Positions 29,856-38,524 of a stretch of DNA of 47,402 nucleotides are shown in pieces. How positions within the stretch are numbered: position 1 is the first letter of the stretch; each line of letters starts with the position of its first letter. The position numbers were made by a program, and so were the translations under genes. A model generated the notes under the pieces. It worked only from the letters and a program-made list of their open reading frames with translations, searched no databases and was not told where the DNA came from. The DNA comes from a virus. Taxonomy: Duplodnaviria; Heunggongvirae; Uroviricota; Caudoviricetes. The stretch lies in the IMG/VR virus record IMGVR_UViG_2531839180_000006; one strand, given 5' to 3'.

Positions 29856-30599
29856 CTAATCTGACGTCACACGCACCATTATACTTACTAAAGAAAAGTC
29901 ATCATCAGGTCCGGCTCTCTCTATACGACGCAAAATGCCATTAGAAAACTTCTGACTATTACTCATCGTATTTGATGTAAATCTGGGGCGTTTTTCCCAA
30001 ACGTTATGAACCCCATCAGACATGATACACAGATGATATACCCCGTTAATACTAGGTAAATCTTTCCATGTGATAAAATCACAGTCGTATTCCATATCAA
30101 CATTTGAGGCTATAGCCGTCGTTAAGATATTTTTGCCCGGTTTATCCTTCAAATCTCTGGGTTTAAAAATATTCTGATCAATTAGCATCTGATGCCTGGT
30201 ATCGTCCTTCGTCAATTGGTATGCTTTCTTCTCTCCAATGCAATACAAACGACAATCACCAATATGACCAATAATAATTCCGCTATCACAAACATAACAA
30301 AACGTAAGTGTAGTAGCAGCTTTATCGAACTCATCATTAACATCAGCTAACGACATAACCTTTCGCTTAACTTCATCAAATACATCCGGAACTGTGTCAA
30401 AAGATAAGCTTGTCAATGCTGAAAGCTCAGCAATTGCCATTGATGAAGCCTGACTGGCACCAGTGTATGAACCTACACCATCAGCTACGGCAAATAAGAT
30501 GCCATCCCCTACAATTTTGGGAGGAAGCAATGAATCTTCGTTGACCCTACCTGGTTCTTTTGGATACGAGAATGATGAAGTCGCTATCAGCTGAATCAT
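29856..30599 (-). CDS. PP2C-family (PPM) Ser/Thr protein phosphatase
   Basis: PPM motifs 'NEDS', 'FAVADGVGS', 'GDCRLY', 'MSDGV', 'DDDFS'; start overlaps kinase stop (ATGA); AT-rich. Confidence 0.8.
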   Translation of the reverse strand: MIQLIATSSFSYPKEPGRVNEDSLLPPKIVGDGILFAVADGVGSYTGASQASSMAIAELSALTSLSFDTVPDVFDEVKRKVMSLADVNDEFDKAATTLTFCYVCDSGIIIGHIGDCRLYCIGEKKAYQLTKDDTRHQMLIDQNIFKPRDLKDKPGKNILTTAIASNVDMEYDCDFITWKDLPSINGVYHLCIMSDGVHNVWEKRPRFTSNTMSNSQKFSNGILRRIERAGPDDDFSLVSIMVRVTSD

Positions 30600-31361
30600 G
30601 ACTCACTCCTTAAAAAAGAATGCACAAAATCAAACGCCACATCATCTATTGTCTGATATCTATCATCTTTATCCATCCTGGTACACTTCGCTATGATAGG
30701 CTTTATTTTTTTATCATCTAAATTTAAGTCCTCAATTAACCGCCCCACCGCATAAACATCAGTCTTAACTGAATACTCGGCATTATATAAAATCTCGGGA
30801 GCCATATATCTTGTACTTCCCATACGGGTACCGATCTCGGTCAATTTAGTGGTATCCCCTTCGGGATTTGTATCTTTTACCAGACCAAAATCAGACACCT
30901 TGTATGTTCCGTCGCTAAATCGCAAGACATTAAATGGTTTTATATCTCTGTGTAAATAGCCTTTCGCATGGATGTGAGCTACACCATCTAATACCATTTT
31001 CACTATTGAAATTTTTTGATCTGTTGTAAGAAGGTTGTTCGTTATTTCGTGCTCAAGATCACATTCTGCTTTATCCATAATGAACCATGGATTCTCGGCA
31101 AACAAATCGCACAAATAAATAGGAACAATATTGCTATGTACGCAATGTGATTGATACACGACCTCCCTTTTAAAACGCCTTCTAAACTGCTCTATTTGCG
31201 CCAAAAGCTCTGGTTTTTCGGGGGCTAAAACCTTTCTAGCATAATCCCCACATTCACCCTTGTTGAGGTTGTAAACCTTAACGTGTTCAACAAAGCCAAA
31301 TGCACCTCTTCCAATCAACTGAATTCGTTTTATAAAGTAATTACCGTGCTGTTCTTCCATT
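30596..31361 (-). CDS. Eukaryotic-like (Hanks-type) Ser/Thr protein kinase
   Basis: Gly-loop 'GRGAFGFV', 'YARKVL' lysine, catalytic loop 'HRDIKPFN', 'DFG', 'MAPE'; AT-rich; start MEEQHG chosen. Confidence 0.85.
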
Positions 31362-31378
31362 AAGCTCACCGACCTAAA

Positions 31379-31403
31379 TTGTAAGAATATCCATATCTTA
31401 CAA
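31379..31403. promoter_or_regulatory. 25-bp palindrome TTGTAAGAATATCCATATCTTACAA immediately upstream of the kinase RBS; operator-like
   Basis: Perfect 8-bp arms TTGTAAGA/TCTTACAA read directly on the plus strand. Confidence 0.4.
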
Positions 31404-31433
31404 CTACAGATAAAAAGGTCCACAGAGTTAAGC

Positions 31434-31458
31434 AAAAAACCCGCATTTAAGCGGGTTT
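31434..31458 (-). terminator. Intrinsic terminator downstream of the Q-like gene (AAACCCGC-TTAAAT-GCGGGTTTTTT on minus strand); candidate tR'
   Basis: GC-rich stem followed by U6 run on minus-strand transcript. Confidence 0.6.
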
Positions 31459-31504
31459 ACACACTATACGGCAAAATATCACATTTACATAAAATGTATG
31501 CGAT

Positions 31505-32194
31505 TTAATTGACTTTTGCAATATCTCGTCGTGAAAAGGTCGCTTTTTGTTGCGATCTCATTTTCACGGTGCAAATCAAGGATTCTGTATCGAGTTTCTT
31601 AAAAATGTCGCACATCTCACGCCAGTAGTTCGCATAATTATGGCTCCAGTTGTCAGGCTTAACTCCACACAGTCTGGCAAGTTCCTGTCGCTGGTAGACG
31701 TCACGCCCAGTAATCCTCCCCCTGACATCCTGCGCCGCCAGCCAGATTAATTTCTTCAGACGCTCAAGCGTTTTCCCTGTAATTTTTCTGGTGCCAAAAT
31801 GCACCTGAAACTTATCCCACGCCCATTTCGCAATGACCACCTGATAATCCCAACTCGGATTTTCACTGTATACCCACAGCACCCACGCCTTCTGATGCTC
31901 TTCAAGAGACAGAACGGCGCGTCGCCATGATGATGTCGAAAACTCAACCGGACTGACCAGGGCAATTGATGAACCTTTCGCCAGCGATTGCTTTCCCGGG
32001 ATTGGTGGATTATCCCGCGTTATCATTTTTCCAGTCACTTCATCGCGGTACCGGATTTTTTTACGCCTGTAACGCCCTGTATCGAACATGGCATTCTCTT
32101 GCCAGGCTTCAAGCTGACCTTTTGTTGCCCCACTCAAATCAGCGGTGGCGATAATGAGCTGCTCACGCACAAACTGTAAATACTGGTTATTCAT
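31505..32194 (-). CDS. Putative late-gene antiterminator Q (QuuQ/YdfT-like family)
   Basis: 229-aa ORF at the Q position (after rusA, before terminator and late genes); start overlaps rusA stop; family from memory, not lambda-Q-like. Confidence 0.55.
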   Translation of the reverse strand: MNNQYLQFVREQLIIATADLSGATKGQLEAWQENAMFDTGRYRRKKIRYRDEVTGKMITRDNPPIPGKQSLAKGSSIALVSPVEFSTSSWRRAVLSLEEHQKAWVLWVYSENPSWDYQVVIAKWAWDKFQVHFGTRKITGKTLERLKKLIWLAAQDVRGRITGRDVYQRQELARLCGVKPDNWSHNYANYWREMCDIFKKLDTESLICTVKMRSQQKATFSRRDIAKVN

Positions 32195-32556
32195 GCGCAC
32201 TCCAGTTCTGTGATTTTTATCCCCAGCCGCCCACCAGGAACGAGATGACCGCGCACAATATTGATTTCATCAAACTGCTCGTCGTCTATAAGTAGTCCGG
32301 CATGCGTCAGCGCATCCAGTGGTGCCTTCAGGATATTGTCCAGGTCGCGGCGGCGCTTATCCGGTGGCTCTGCAATAATCTTTATCGCCAGCCTTCCGGA
32401 CAGGTTTAATTTCAGCCGCTGCTGGCGAACAATTAGCGCCACATCACGGCGATAACGCTTTCCGGCTTCCGAGATGAAATACGTATTGCCATGACGTCGC
32501 CAGTAGGTATTCACCGTCGGCGGGTAAGGCAAAACAAATTCTATGCGTTCAGTCAT
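32191..32556 (-). CDS. rusA: Holliday junction resolvase RusA
   Basis: 121 aa; 'PPDKRRRDLDNILKAPLDALTHAGLLIDDEQ' matches RusA catalytic region. Confidence 0.85.
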   Translation of the reverse strand: MTERIEFVLPYPPTVNTYWRRHGNTYFISEAGKRYRRDVALIVRQQRLKLNLSGRLAIKIIAEPPDKRRRDLDNILKAPLDALTHAGLLIDDEQFDEINIVRGHLVPGGRLGIKITELECA

Positions 32557-33615
32557 TTATGCTTTCCACTTCAGGACACCCGAATTTCTCGCGTGCATTA
32601 AAAAACGAATCAGCAACAACAGCTGGCTGCCGTGTTTTTCTTCAAAATCTTTTACCCCGGCGTGTAGTTCGCTATGGCATATACGGCACAGCGGAATAAC
32701 AAACAAATCATCAGCCTTTGTTCCCATCCCTCCCAGTCCATGACCAATGATGTGATGCGGATCATCTGCCTGATTGCCACACGTCATGCATTTCTGCGTT
32801 TTTACCCAACGCGTGTATACAGGCATATCTTCCCGTTGTGGTTTCTGGCGCTGGAGATACTGAGCCGGTGACTCCGGATCAACGGCAATGCTGACCACCG
32901 TCTTTTCCTGTGGTGGATTCTGTTGCTGGTGGGCGTGAGGCAACGGCGCAATATTTTTTGTGCGCTGCTTCAGTATGCTGATGGCGGTCTGCTCTCCCGG
33001 TACGATGTCGCTCTCGCGGTATACTGAGCGGATTTTTTCACTCGGAAGCTTCAGGATTCGACGCGCCATATTTTCGGTCATGGCATCCACTACATCATTT
33101 ACAGAAGCCCAGCAGCACAATTCAGCCAGCGATAATTCCCGCTCCTGCGTGCCATTCACTGCATGGCGTATGACGTCAATCATCCATGCTGACAGGTTTT
33201 GATGAGCAAGTTGCCCGAGTGATTCGGAGGTCTGGTCACGCAGCTGGTTGTCGCAGTGCCAGCACAACACCATCGCGCCGGTACCGTAACGATGTATGAC
33301 GGTTTCGCTGTGATGGTAGTCACCATGAGGCCACTGGCAGGATTTAACATGGCGTAATAGCCAGTCAGACAGTGCGCCAGCGCCGCCAGCAGCACGAATC
33401 ACCCGCTCATCGCTGAAAAATGGCAGTAGTGATTTATCCTCCGCCAATGGCTGGCGAACGGCAGGAACGACTCCGGACGGCAGACCGCGCATGCTTTTCG
33501 GTTCCGGCTCCACCAGTACACGACCGCTGCGGAATACCTGCATGGATTCACGACCAGGCTTAAGGACCACCAGCCCAAGTTCCGGTACCGGAACAGATCG
33601 AAGTAATACCCGCAC
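32557..33615 (-). CDS. DUF968/YdfU-like protein with C-terminal Cys/His cluster (NinG-like region)
   Basis: 352 aa; C-terminal 'CMTCGNQADDPHHIIGHGLGG...LCRICHSELH'; same position as ydfU in Qin. Confidence 0.6.
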   Translation of the reverse strand: MRVLLRSVPVPELGLVVLKPGRESMQVFRSGRVLVEPEPKSMRGLPSGVVPAVRQPLAEDKSLLPFFSDERVIRAAGGAGALSDWLLRHVKSCQWPHGDYHHSETVIHRYGTGAMVLCWHCDNQLRDQTSESLGQLAHQNLSAWMIDVIRHAVNGTQERELSLAELCCWASVNDVVDAMTENMARRILKLPSEKIRSVYRESDIVPGEQTAISILKQRTKNIAPLPHAHQQQNPPQEKTVVSIAVDPESPAQYLQRQKPQREDMPVYTRWVKTQKCMTCGNQADDPHHIIGHGLGGMGTKADDLFVIPLCRICHSELHAGVKDFEEKHGSQLLLLIRFLMHARNSGVLKWKA

Positions 33616-33616
33616 G

Positions 33617-33895
33617 TTACCTCCAGATCCGTTGCTGGAATGTGCGGGACGGACGCGGTGGGCGTTCGGAATAAGGGAGTCTGACGGAAATTATCCAGTG
33701 TCGGAAGTCAGAACTGAGGTCTTTCTGAAACTCGTAACCACGTCTGCGGTAGTTCTGAATCAGCCACTCGGCCTGTTCTTCGGTGCAGGGGTCGTGCTGA
33801 TACCAGTCAGATTTGAATGTGTGAGGATACCGCTCGTGCGTACAGGCAAGAACGGTCGAATTATTATGATTGTAATATTTTGCGTTGCGTGCCAT
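33617..33895 (-). CDS. Hypothetical nin-region protein (92 aa)
   Basis: ORF with GGAGAAAA SD; stop adjacent to start of downstream gene. Confidence 0.5.
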   Translation of the reverse strand: MARNAKYYNHNNSTVLACTHERYPHTFKSDWYQHDPCTEEQAEWLIQNYRRRGYEFQKDLSSDFRHWIISVRLPYSERPPRPSRTFQQRIWR

Positions 33896-33961
33896 CGGTT
33901 TTCTCCGGTGGCACGGTGTTACTCAGCGGGAGTTCAGCCCCGCGCAAGATTGTAGATGAGT

Positions 33962-34225
33962 TTATTCTTCTGAAAAAGCAGAAAAGCCAGCTTTTATTCC
34001 GATCTCTTTCAATGCCTGTAATGAAGTGGCAAACTCATCGTCGCGCAAGATAAATCCGTCCGTCACCCGAGCATCCACAAAATTAATTAATGCAACCCCA
34101 CTCTTTCTTTGCTTCTTTCGCAAACACAGAACGCGGCAATGACTAACAATATTTCCATTTTCAACGCACACAGCATAGAGGCCATCTTCACAAAAAATTT
34201 TACGCAGTTCTTCGATGTTCATCAT
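33962..34225 (-). CDS. Hypothetical nin-region protein (87 aa)
   Basis: ORF with strong SD GGAAGGA 5 nt before ATG. Confidence 0.5.
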   Translation of the reverse strand: MMNIEELRKIFCEDGLYAVCVENGNIVSHCRVLCLRKKQRKSGVALINFVDARVTDGFILRDDEFATSLQALKEIGIKAGFSAFSEE

Positions 34226-34443
34226 CAGAATCCTTCCGGATAATTAGCTCTCCCCTTCAGGGGGCCATCCCTCTTATCCCTGCGCGCTACTTAAGTGTTT
34301 TGGATTCTATATCCGGTGTCTTAAAAAAAGTTAAAACGCATTGAAAATAAAACAAAAAACCGTCGAAGCGGGTTAAGCGCGGGTGCGTTGAGGATGCCGA
34401 CACATCAGAGGTGGCGGGAGATTACTCTCCCGCCAGGTCACTC

Positions 34444-34599
34444 TTACTCTCTAGATTCGTAGTCTACGAAAACAGCAACCTCCGTCTGGCCGGTTCGGAT
34501 TCGTACCTCGCAGAGGTCTTTCCTCGTTACCAGTGCCGTCACTATGACGGTTAAACAGATGACGATAAGGGCGATTAACATCGCCTTTTGCTGCTTCAT
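34444..34599 (-). CDS. hok: Hok-family type I toxin (HokD/RelF-like membrane peptide)
   Basis: 'MKQQKAMLIALIVICLTVIVTALVTRKDLCEVRIRTGQTEVAVF' matches Hok/Gef family; AAGGAG SD; in-frame upstream extension (to 34656) may be mok-like. Confidence 0.85.
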   Translation of the reverse strand: MKQQKAMLIALIVICLTVIVTALVTRKDLCEVRIRTGQTEVAVFVDYESRE

Positions 34600-35025
34600 A
34601 GCCTGCTTCTCCTTGCCTTTCGGCACGTAAGAGGCTAACCTACATTTGTGAGACATAGATTGGGCCTCAGATTAATGTTAAGCGTCTTGCAGGACGCGTA
34701 ATGTTAACTGGGGCTTTTCTCTATCTGCCTTTTGGTGTTCATGCCTGAGACAGATAGCCTCAAGCACCCGCAGCAATTCTACTTAACTCTCCTTTTCCCG
34801 CAAACCGTTTTTATCCTCAACGTAAATTTTACCAATATTGCCTAACACATCTCCCTTGCCCTGACGATGCTTACCTCTTTACACAGACCCAAATTTATGT
34901 ATTATCTTTTACAAACAAGCAGTTAAGAGCTATCGGTGGGTGAGTTCGCCCTGCGGTAGCTTTTCCTTTATGCATTGCATCTATTTATGTTCTAGTATAT
35001 TCCTATATGTTCAAAAGGACTTTTC

Positions 35026-35958
35026 ATGCACAGCGTTAATTTCTATTCATTCCGCGTATTGACCCATAAAGGCAGTCGAGCCAGCAAAAAACTTAATGAA
35101 TTGGGTTTAAGTAATAAAAAAACGGCATATGAACTTTTTGTTGATTATTTTACTCTATATAAAAACACCCCCATCGAGTTTGGCGTATCCAAAACTAAAA
35201 TATCTCTGGAACAACACGCTAAACTTCACTTTGATAACTCAAAGAAAATTATATATGGTTATATAAAAGTTGGGAAATATGGAGAAAGCAGTGAAATAAA
35301 AGATGTAAAACTCAAAAAAATCCACTACAGGACAACTGCTTATGATGTAACACTCAAAGAACGTTATATTTTAATATACCTACCAGACGCCCTTGAAGAA
35401 GGAATTATTGCATTCCACTCTTGCGATAATATTTCTGCCCGAGGTGTCCTTTCTGATTCTATCACTGAATATCTAAAAAACAAATTTCAACTCGAAGCAA
35501 GAATCAATCCATTACATCATAAGAAAATCCCTCAATATATTCTCAATTCCGAATTAAAACAAATTAAGGCTCAAGGATATAAAGCACCAAAAGACATTGC
35601 TGATTCCTTTGGTCAAAACAAAACAAACATCAAGACAGACTTAATAATAAAAGCAAACGATGGCATGTTCGGAAGTTTCAGGGATTTAAGAAACAAGAAT
35701 ATAGGAAACATCATTGAGATTATTGAAGATAAATGTGATGCAATAAAAGTAAGCTTACAACTCGGCAGTCGGACTGTCGTTTTCAATTATGAGACCATAC
35801 TAAAAAAAGGAATTTCTGCAGAGTTAGATGATAATGATTTAAAAATCGACCCATTAACAGGCATACCTGATCTAACAGCACTTCATGACACGATAAAAAA
35901 CCTTTCTAATGATATATTGTTAGAACTGCATAGCGGAAACAAAGGGGTGATTATATGA
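35026..35958 (+). CDS. Hypothetical soluble protein (310 aa), first gene of an AT-rich two-gene cassette; candidate sensor component
   Basis: Long ORF with SD AAAAGGA; very low GC compared with flanking phage genes; no recognisable catalytic motif by eye. Confidence 0.6.
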   Translation: MHSVNFYSFRVLTHKGSRASKKLNELGLSNKKTAYELFVDYFTLYKNTPIEFGVSKTKISLEQHAKLHFDNSKKIIYGYIKVGKYGESSEIKDVKLKKIHYRTTAYDVTLKERYILIYLPDALEEGIIAFHSCDNISARGVLSDSITEYLKNKFQLEARINPLHHKKIPQYILNSELKQIKAQGYKAPKDIADSFGQNKTNIKTDLIIKANDGMFGSFRDLRNKNIGNIIEIIEDKCDAIKVSLQLGSRTVVFNYETILKKGISAELDDNDLKIDPLTGIPDLTALHDTIKNLSNDILLELHSGNKGVII

Positions 35959-36509
35959 ATAAAATAAATGTGCTGGGTGTAATAATAAAACACTACAAAA
36001 CAATGTCAGATCAGCGTGGAACAATGTTGATGAGCGACATTATCGTACATTTTATTGTTCCGTTATCTCTTTCTTTCGTTCTGTGCCGGACATACGGAAT
36101 AATGAAACCGGCAATTGCTTCCGTCTTCGTTAACTTCGGGGCTATTACAACAGCACTATTAATGAGTGCAGTAATAATGATTTATGAACAAAAACAAAAA
36201 ACCATCACTAAGATATCAGACATAATTGAAGGAAACAAATCCCGAGACAAATTGATATCATTAAACACTAACAAAACCATATATGAGCAGTTATGCCACA
36301 ACGTCGCTTATGCAATATTAACTTCAATAGTATTGGTTATATTTTCAGTGATAATATATTTCCTGCCTGACAATGCAGTGGATTTAATGAAATGGTATTT
36401 TCGCGCACCTGCATATATTGTTAGCTTTTTAGCCTATACATCCTTTTTTATCACTGTTATAACGTTCTTAATGGTAATAAAAAGATTTAGCACAATTTTA
36501 GATAATTGA
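35955..36509 (+). CDS. Hypothetical integral membrane protein (184 aa, ~4 predicted TM helices), second gene of the cassette; candidate membrane effector
   Basis: Four hydrophobic ~20-aa segments; start overlaps upstream stop (ATGA); SD AAAGGGGTGA. Confidence 0.6.
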   Translation: MNKINVLGVIIKHYKTMSDQRGTMLMSDIIVHFIVPLSLSFVLCRTYGIMKPAIASVFVNFGAITTALLMSAVIMIYEQKQKTITKISDIIEGNKSRDKLISLNTNKTIYEQLCHNVAYAILTSIVLVIFSVIIYFLPDNAVDLMKWYFRAPAYIVSFLAYTSFFITVITFLMVIKRFSTILDN

Positions 36510-36520
36510 ACAGCGGAACA

Positions 36521-36538
36521 GCCGCCCTTTCGGGCGGC
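36521..36538. terminator. GC-rich hairpin GCCGCCC-TTTC-GGGCGGC between convergent genes; bidirectional terminator-like
   Basis: Perfect 7-bp stem read directly, between stop codons at 36509 and 36548. Confidence 0.45.
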
Positions 36539-36547
36539 CTCCTGACA

Positions 36548-36760
36548 TTAATCGTTGTGGTAACTCATGGCTTCATTTGCAGCATCAACTGGATCAACAT
36601 CCCACCAGCAATAATTTGGGTTGGCTCCTTCAGGTGTCCATGATTCTAATTCACTTTTTGCCGCATTCTCGTCGCCAGTAATTTTAAAAATCTGCTCAGA
36701 AAATTTTTTCACCCACTCGTTATATTTTTCCGCGTTAATGTTTTTTTGTGTATTTAACAT
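36548..36760 (-). CDS. Small acidic hypothetical protein (70 aa)
   Basis: ORF with strong SD GGAGGA; AT-rich; convergent with the two-gene cassette. Confidence 0.5.
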   Translation of the reverse strand: MLNTQKNINAEKYNEWVKKFSEQIFKITGDENAAKSELESWTPEGANPNYCWWDVDPVDAANEAMSYHND

Positions 36761-36859
36761 AGATACTCCTCCGGTTAAGGATTAAATTTTATTTACAGTG
36801 CTGAATTTAATTATTCAGATTTGGATTATGCTTTCTCTTCTTCACGCAGTGCCTGATAG

Positions 36860-37144
36860 TTAATTTCGCTCATTTTTCTCTTCACTCCGGTATACAAGAA
36901 TTACAACGTCACCTCTGCTAATCACGCGAGCTGGCTCTCCTGGTTCCATACTGTCAATATCGAAGGTCTCAAAAAACGCATTCATTGCCTTCTGCCGCTG
37001 CGTCTGTTTACAGCGTTTATTCCATTTTTTCAGTAACATCAGTGACAGCCACCGCCATGAGCAGAACATGACGTAGCACCAACCAAGAAGCGCCAGCCCC
37101 GTATTGAGGGCCGTACCAATCGTCATTGTTGCGTCGATATTCAC
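36860..37144 (-). CDS. Small hypothetical membrane protein (94 aa)
   Basis: Hydrophobic N-terminal segment; start overlaps stop of upstream gene. Confidence 0.45.
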   Translation of the reverse strand: MNIDATMTIGTALNTGLALLGWCYVMFCSWRWLSLMLLKKWNKRCKQTQRQKAMNAFFETFDIDSMEPGEPARVISRGDVVILVYRSEEKNERN

Positions 37145-37437
37145 TGTACCTCCTCCTGGAAAATAACTGCATGCCCCAGCCTCTCCGCCAGCGCCAGTTC
37201 CGCCTTAGCGCCTGCTGACCGCTGCCAGCCTTGCAGCATGTAAATCGCATCCACGCAACGAATCATCGCCATGCAGATATCCATGTAGTGTGGCTGTGTC
37301 AGCCCGTCCGGAAGTACTGCCGGGTTTAAGACGGTATGCCCTTCCCGTTTCAGTTCATCTTCCGCCTTGTGAAACGCCTCACGGTTGAAATTTTCATATC
37401 CCGTCATTGGACCGGCAATATAAACTCTCACCCTCAC
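37141..37437 (-). CDS. Hypothetical protein (DUF4406-like)
   Basis: 98 aa; 'VYIAGPMTGYENFNREAFHKAEDELKREGHTVLNPA'; family from memory. Confidence 0.5.
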   Translation of the reverse strand: MRVRVYIAGPMTGYENFNREAFHKAEDELKREGHTVLNPAVLPDGLTQPHYMDICMAMIRCVDAIYMLQGWQRSAGAKAELALAERLGHAVIFQEEVQ

Positions 37438-37862
37438 TCCATCACCTCCTGAAAGTTTCCCCGATAGAACGCCAGCACACGCTGCATAACTTCGCTCCTC
37501 CTGCTCTCACGACAAATTATGTTCTGGTGCCTGTCATAACGACGTATTTCTCCGTCTGGTAACTTTCGAATCAGTGTCTGGTCAGTTGTTTTCTCCGGTG
37601 TCTTACGCCATACGCGATACGCCTGCTCTGATGCAAAAACACCGTACTTCCCGGACATGTATAAATCGCCACAAGCCAGTACATCCACAAGGCAACGTCG
37701 GACCGAATGCCAGCCTGCTCCCGTCGCTCTCTCCAGTTGCGACATCGTCATGCGTTCATTTTTGCGCACCAGAGCGATGATTCGAGCCTTCAGCTCCTCC
37801 CTCTGTTCGGGTGTATATACTTTTGCCACAACTCCTCCTGAAAAATCACCTTCACAATTCAT
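37434..37862 (-). CDS. Hypothetical nin-region protein (142 aa)
   Basis: ORF translationally coupled to P (GTATGAA: TGA/ATG overlap). Confidence 0.5.
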   Translation of the reverse strand: MNCEGDFSGGVVAKVYTPEQREELKARIIALVRKNERMTMSQLERATGAGWHSVRRCLVDVLACGDLYMSGKYGVFASEQAYRVWRKTPEKTTDQTLIRKLPDGEIRRYDRHQNIICRESRRSEVMQRVLAFYRGNFQEVME

Positions 37863-38524
37863 ACAAAACCAGCTGCCTTCCGGCGCTCATATTCCTGTTT
37901 CAGCAACTCAATTGGCGTTGGCCCCGGTGGGCGTTCTGGTGCTGCCAGTTGTCGCCGGACTGGCGGAACACTCCGGCCCATACCAACCTGCTTTGCCCAT
38001 TTCGTCAGCTGCCGTTCTGCAAGCCGTTTTAATTCCCCTTCGGTCATCTGACGCTCAATCCCCTTTGAACGCATCTCGAGGCAAATGTGATACAGCACAG
38101 GCTGAGGCCACGGGTATTTATCGCTCCCGTCGTACCGCCAGGACTCATTGCGCCAGCGGCGGTACTCCTCCATCACAGCATCCACCGTCAGGCCAAAAGG
38201 ATTTGCCCCGCTCTCCGAAATCAGCGCCACAAACTCAGCCAGGTCCGGAGGCCATGTTTCACCCGCCCGGCAGCGGTCCATGCACTGGCGGCAGACCTGT
38301 CGGATTTGCTGCTCAGTCATCGCGCCAATCTGTGCAATCCAGAGCTTCGAAGGTGCGGCCCCGTTCTTCTGGGTCCAGCGGTTCGAATAAACCTCCCCCA
38401 TGAGTTCCCACAGCTTCCAGGCCGTTTCCGTCGCTGATAAATCCGTTTTCACGTTCCCACTGCTCACGTGCTGCCCGAATTTCCTGAACTGCCCGTGATG
38501 CGGTGCCACCTGGTGCTGCTGCAT
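37859..38524 (-). CDS. P: Replication protein P (DnaB helicase loader); start uncertain (38524, 38401 or 38320)
   Basis: C-terminal region matches lambda P ('...LKRLAERQLTKWAKQVGMG...PIELLKQEYERRKAAGFV'); SD AGGGGGTGA before the 38524 ATG. Confidence 0.8.
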   Translation of the reverse strand: MQQHQVAPHHGQFRKFGQHVSSGNVKTDLSATETAWKLWELMGEVYSNRWTQKNGAAPSKLWIAQIGAMTEQQIRQVCRQCMDRCRAGETWPPDLAEFVALISESGANPFGLTVDAVMEEYRRWRNESWRYDGSDKYPWPQPVLYHICLEMRSKGIERQMTEGELKRLAERQLTKWAKQVGMGRSVPPVRRQLAAPERPPGPTPIELLKQEYERRKAAGFV

